Positions 59,323 to 64,000 of a stretch of 64,000 nucleotides of DNA are shown piece after piece. The stretch is from positions 3,410,001 to 3,474,000 of the forward strand of contig CP089275.1 in the NCBI GenBank assembly GCA_023920165.1. The letters are read 5' to 3'. The notes under the pieces are model-generated. The model saw only the letters and a list, made by a program, of their open reading frames with translations, did not search any database and was not told the DNA's origin. The first letter of the stretch is position 1; the number at the start of each line of letters is the position of its first letter. The position numbers and the translations under genes were made by a program. Origin of the DNA: Curvularia clavata. Its lineage: Eukaryota.

Positions 59323-60654
59323 ATGCCTTCTTGCCAGCCCTTCCGCTTCCTGGATCTGCCCGGCGAGATCCGCAACAGCATCTACGACTTGCTGCTCTGC
59401 TCCTGGAGTGATGAGCTCGAGTATGACCCAAGCAGCATGATCAGCAGCCTCAGCCGGCGCGTCCCAAGCAGCCCATCAACAGCCCTCCTCCGTACCAACA
59501 AGCAAATCCATGCTGAAGCCTCCGACTACATGATCAAGCGCAACCAGTTTGTCCGTATCACCTGCCGAGGTCTGGATGCACGAAATCTCTTCCTAAGCGA
59601 AGGGATTCCCGTCATCACGACCAACGCGCGCAGCATCAGCCTATTTGATGGCCACGTCATGCATATCACGCTTTCCAAGCCTGCCCTTGTGCCCTCGGCC
59701 TTCCAGTTCTCCGAGTTTGAGATCATGATGCTCCGATCCGATCTGCCCAAGTTGTGCGAACAGCTCGATATCGAAAGTGTCATGTCGGATGCCAACTCCA
59801 CCACGAGCGAGCACGCATCTATCCAAGCATCTATCCGACTCAACTACGCACAAACCCGCTTCCTTGCACCAAAGACCCAGGAGCGCCTGTTGCAGCCTCT
59901 TACGTCGTCTCTGCGCGGTGTGCCAGACCTCAAGATCGTAGGCCCGGTCAATCCCGCCCTAGCCGAAGCAGTCAAGGCCGAGGTCGCGAGGCCACGCTGG
60001 ACCGAGCCCGAGGCGACGATTGAAGAAATCGGCACTGGCGTTGACGTGGGCAAGCGACAATGGCAACAGAATAACTTTGCCTCTGCCTCGGAATCATGGG
60101 CGTATGCCATGCGCACCCTGGAGCGCATGCGCCACAGTTCGTCATGGCTCGGCCTTCAAAAGGCCGGCGGTGAAGAGTTTGTAAACAATGTTGCCGATCT
60201 TTACTTCACCCTCAACCTCTTTCACGCGCAGTTTCTGCAGCTGGACATGGCCAACGAGCGGTCTCAGGGCGCACTGGTGCAGCGAAATGGACGGGTTGCC
60301 ATGCAGCATCTGCGCAAGTGTGAGACTGCGAGTGCGCGATTTGCGCAGCACGCGGGGGCTACATGGACGCCTAGCAACCAGCAGTCGGCCAAGATGCTGT
60401 TCCGTCATGCCAGGTGCCTGAGGTTGATGGGCATTGCAGCGAGCAGTGTCAAGGCTGTTACTCTGATTGAGGAAGCTGCATCGTTGGCCCCCACAGACCT
60501 GGCCATCCGTGACGAGAAGGAGGCGGTTTTGGCGTGGGAGGCGGGATTGGAGGAGAGCCGCCGCTTGCGGGCTGAGCAGGCGGAGGCAGAGCAGCAGGAG
60601 GAGCAATCCATTTGGCAGTCTATTTTGGGCGCCATGACGGAGCTCTCTTCATAG
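59323..60654 (+). CDS. Hypothetical protein, N-terminal F-box-like motif and C-terminal TPR-like helices
   Basis: FRFLDLPGEIRNSIY, ALLRTNKQIHAEA; later GKRQWQQNNFASASESW, AKMLFRHARCL and AASLAPTDLAI resemble TPR helices. Intronless, 443 aa. Confidence 0.75.
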   Translation: MPSCQPFRFLDLPGEIRNSIYDLLLCSWSDELEYDPSSMISSLSRRVPSSPSTALLRTNKQIHAEASDYMIKRNQFVRITCRGLDARNLFLSEGIPVITTNARSISLFDGHVMHITLSKPALVPSAFQFSEFEIMMLRSDLPKLCEQLDIESVMSDANSTTSEHASIQASIRLNYAQTRFLAPKTQERLLQPLTSSLRGVPDLKIVGPVNPALAEAVKAEVARPRWTEPEATIEEIGTGVDVGKRQWQQNNFASASESWAYAMRTLERMRHSSSWLGLQKAGGEEFVNNVADLYFTLNLFHAQFLQLDMANERSQGALVQRNGRVAMQHLRKCETASARFAQHAGATWTPSNQQSAKMLFRHARCLRLMGIAASSVKAVTLIEEAASLAPTDLAIRDEKEAVLAWEAGLEESRRLRAEQAEAEQQEEQSIWQSILGAMTELSS

Positions 60655-61885
60655 GGAGCACCATGAAGCATTTTGTTGTTGGAAGCGTTCATAGCCTTGA
60701 TACCCAATTGTTTAGTTTGAATAAGCAGCGCAAAAATGCGACGTAAGATTTAATCTTGAACATTTCATCACCCACTCATCATTGTCGGTTCTAGTCCAGC
60801 CTAGTCTAGTTGTGATGGTTGCCTTACATGTACTCTGGGCCAAAATGGAATCATTGACTTGCATATCACGTGAGCGGGCGCTTGTGTAAGTGGCGTTTCC
60901 GGCCTAATGGGCTGGACGGCGCAGGTCTACTTATACGCGGACAAATGCATTTCTTTAAACGCTGCATTAGTCCTCTTGACGGTTGTTTCTCCTTCAAGCC
61001 TAGATGAATGCGTAGCTTCTGGTGGTCGAAAGAAGACATGGTCCAAGAGCGCGAAGCCATGGTTCTGGAGTAAGACGGGTGTTCCCGCATCGGGGAGGCA
61101 AAAAAAGAAAAAAAGAAAAAACGATGTCATAGACTATTCAGGGCAGGTTTGTCGATAGCCACGATGCTGGCACATGGATAAAAGCACAAGCGAGGCGTAA
61201 GCAGGACGTTCGCAGAGCAGAGTAAGGAATATGTTATGAATGTATTAGATGCAAAATGGGCAACGCCCCAGCCACGGGGCGTTTGCTTACATGCATGTGC
61301 CTGGCCAGCAGATGTCGCCATGTTGGAAAACACCTCAGTCTCCAGGGACGGGAGCATGATACTACTGTCCTACCGCGCCGTCTGCTCATACTCGTCTCCC
61401 AGCGCAGGCAGAGCCAGTGTCGCAGATGGTTCAAAGACGCCGGCGGTTGGTCTTGGCTGTCGCGAGGGCCTTGCCGTGGTCTTATCGCCGCCCTGCTCGA
61501 CGTCCTTGACGAGCTCGACTCCGCGCTTCTTGGCAGCTTGCGACGACTTGCCTTTGCGGCATCCTACCACTCCTGCCGTCCATTTTCTGCGCTCAACATC
61601 CCGCCATCGTCTCCATGGCCCTCCGTAGCACTGCCACCCAATAACGCCGCTGCCGCTGGCATATACTTCGCTCGCCCTGCCCCCATCGCTTCTCTCGTTG
61701 AGCCCTCACTGTCGCTTCAGACCCAGATATCCACTGCTTGCCGCCCTTGGGGATTTAGCGAGCCTCGACCTCCGCCCTCCCTCTCCTCTGCCAGCCTAGC
61801 CCGCCCTTCCCCCTCGAGCACTCCCGCCTCTGTGCATTTCGACGGCAGGCGCAGCCCTCCAAAAAGCTGCCAGGCACCTTGTTAG

Positions 61886-64000
61886 ATGCGACGGCGCTCT
61901 TCCGCCGACCCCAGCGCCGAGCATCGCGACGCCGACTCGACCTCCGACCAACCAGCTCTGGAACATGACGACAAGCTCAACCACCACCTTGAGGCATTGC
62001 AAGTGAAGGCCTCGAACCGTGCCAGTCCCGACAAGTCGGAGCACAGGGTGCAACTCTCTGCCGTGCCCCAAGTGCTCACCGCCTATCGCTCAACCCACGA
62101 CCCTGCTTCCACCACTCGACCACAGCCTCGCATCGTGCCTGGAAAAGCACATGCTCCAATGGCTGCCCTGGCCAAGGACATCATGCCCCCCAGCCCTGGC
62201 GACAGGCACAGCAGCAAATGGCGTCAGCGACTCCGTAATCCCTGGGCTTGTTCCTGGACTACCCTCGCAACAACACTGGCAGCTTTTGTTGCTCTGTTTC
62301 TCATGACCCAATCCTTCCTGCTCAAGCAGCAAGATGTCAAAGGATGCGGCATGTCCTACATGCGACCGACCTATACAAGATTCAATCAATTTGACACAGA
62401 GCACACCCGCTTCGCAACAAAGTATTCCTTATACCTGTACCGGGAAGGCAGCTTGGACGACGATTCCAGGGCACGTTGTTCTCTTTCCCAGAGCCATCAT
62501 ATGCTGACAACTCTTTCAGGTCAAGGGCGTGCCAGTGCTGTTTATTCCGGGTAACGCTGGCAGTTACAAACAAGTGCGCTCTCTTGCTGCCGAAGCTGCC
62601 TACCACTACCACAATCATGTCCACCACGATGTCGAGGCTGGCAAGGCGGGAAAACGTCCTCTGGATTTCTTCTCGGTTGATTTCAACGAGGATATCACGG
62701 CGTTCCACGGACAAACCTTGCTAGACCAAGCCGAATACCTCAATGACGCCATCGCCTACATCCTGTCTCTGTACCACACCCCAGGCAAATTTCATCGCGA
62801 CTCTACCCTGCCAGACCCTACCTCGGTCATCATTGTCGGACACTCGATGGGCGGCGTTGTAGCCCGCACCATGCTTACCATGCCCAACTATCAGGCCAAT
62901 ACGATCAACACCATTATTACGCTCGCCGCCCCCCATGCTAGACCCCCGGTCTCGTTTGACGGGGATATTGTTCGCACGTACAAGGGTGTCAACGATTATT
63001 GGCGACGCGCGTACTCACAAAAGTGGGCCATTGACAATCCACTCTGGCATGTCACCCTTATTTCGATCGCCGGAGGAAGCCTGGACACGATGATATCGTC
63101 CGACTACACCAGCATTGCCTCATTGGTCCCTGAGACGCACGGTTTCACAGTCTTCTCGACTTCCATGCCACATGTCTGGACCGGCATTGACCACTTGGCC
63201 ATCACCTGGTGTGACCAGCACAGAAAGGCGGTTGTGCGCGCCTTGTACGATGTCATTGATGTCTCACGTGCAACTCAAACTGTACCACGTGCTGAGCGTA
63301 TGCGCGGTTTCAAAAAATGGTTTCTCAGCGGACTTGAAGACGTGGCCGAGAAGACCCTGCCACAAAAGGAAGCCAAGACGCTTCTCACTCTCGAAGCAAA
63401 CAGCGCTATCGTTTCAGAGGGAGAGCGTCTTGTTCTGCGCAGCCTTGGAAGTTCCCAGCGCAAGCCAAATGCCCATCTGATGCCAGTGCCACCTCAGGCT
63501 CAGGGAAAAAAGTTTACTTTGCTTACAAGCGAGCAACTGGATGCTCCTGGTAGCCATGGCATGCTCGAGGTGCTGTTCTGTAGTGTGCTCCCTTCTCATG
63601 CCGGGCACTTGACGGCCCTTTTCTCTATGAACATGGATTTTTCCGGTGATGGTTCAGGTGCTACTCGCCTTGCTTGCAAGAACGCTGCATCCGATGTCAT
63701 TGCTCTTCCTGCGTCGACTCGTCGCTCGACATATGCATTCGAAACGAACGAGCGTCCATTCTCCTACCTCCAATACGACATGGAACATCTTGCAGAGCAT
63801 CAGTTTGTAGCCGTGGTCGATAAAGCTAGTGAGCACAACGCGGGATGGGTCGTGGCTGAGTTCAGCTCTGCTTCGGATTCACAAATCAATGTCGACACGG
63901 GCCTGCAGCGCCTCCTGACTACTGGTCTTTCACTGCGGCTCCCATCGGATCGTCCTCTGGTGACGGACATTAAAGTACCCGCGTTGAACTCTGCATTGTT
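61886..64000 (+). CDS. BST1: GPI inositol deacylase Bst1/PGAP1 (3'-partial)
   Basis: N-terminal TM segment, CGMSYM, KYSLYLYRE, then after intron 62471-62519 VPVLFIPGNAGSYKQVRS, DFNED, GHSMGG and DHLAITWC. The frame is open to the window end. Confidence 0.93.

Noticed and set aside
61100..61230. A-rich run that could be a minus-strand Pol III terminator or a retroposon tail
   Set aside because: No recognisable ncRNA, A/B boxes or target-site duplication is adjacent.

Overview
This is gene-dense euchromatin from a filamentous ascomycete. It has short spliceosomal introns with CTRAC/CTAAC branch points and a dispersed 5S rRNA gene, and the protein content is most consistent with Dothideomycetes/Pleosporales (my inference, not a database result). 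I can support about 27 protein genes and one 5S rRNA gene. Housekeeping genes are EAF7, a GCP6-like gamma-tubulin complex subunit, SPF1, GLN4, a METTL16-like methyltransferase, MET8, PEP7, CAT2, MDH1 and BST1. Accessory-looking genes are an intronless pseudokinase running off the left edge (absent from the ORF track), a 79-aa Cys-rich secreted protein, an Egt2-like C-S lyase paired divergently with an intronless TcuA/CobZ-like flavoprotein, a GPI protein, a HAD hydrolase, a paraoxonase, and an orphan ORF with a split GIY-YIG-like motif set. A Zn2Cys6 transcription factor, an AtrB-like ABCG pump and an FAD oxidoreductase form a putative detoxification module. I see no CRISPR array, tRNA or intact transposon. 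All exon structures and family calls were read by eye; no searches were run.
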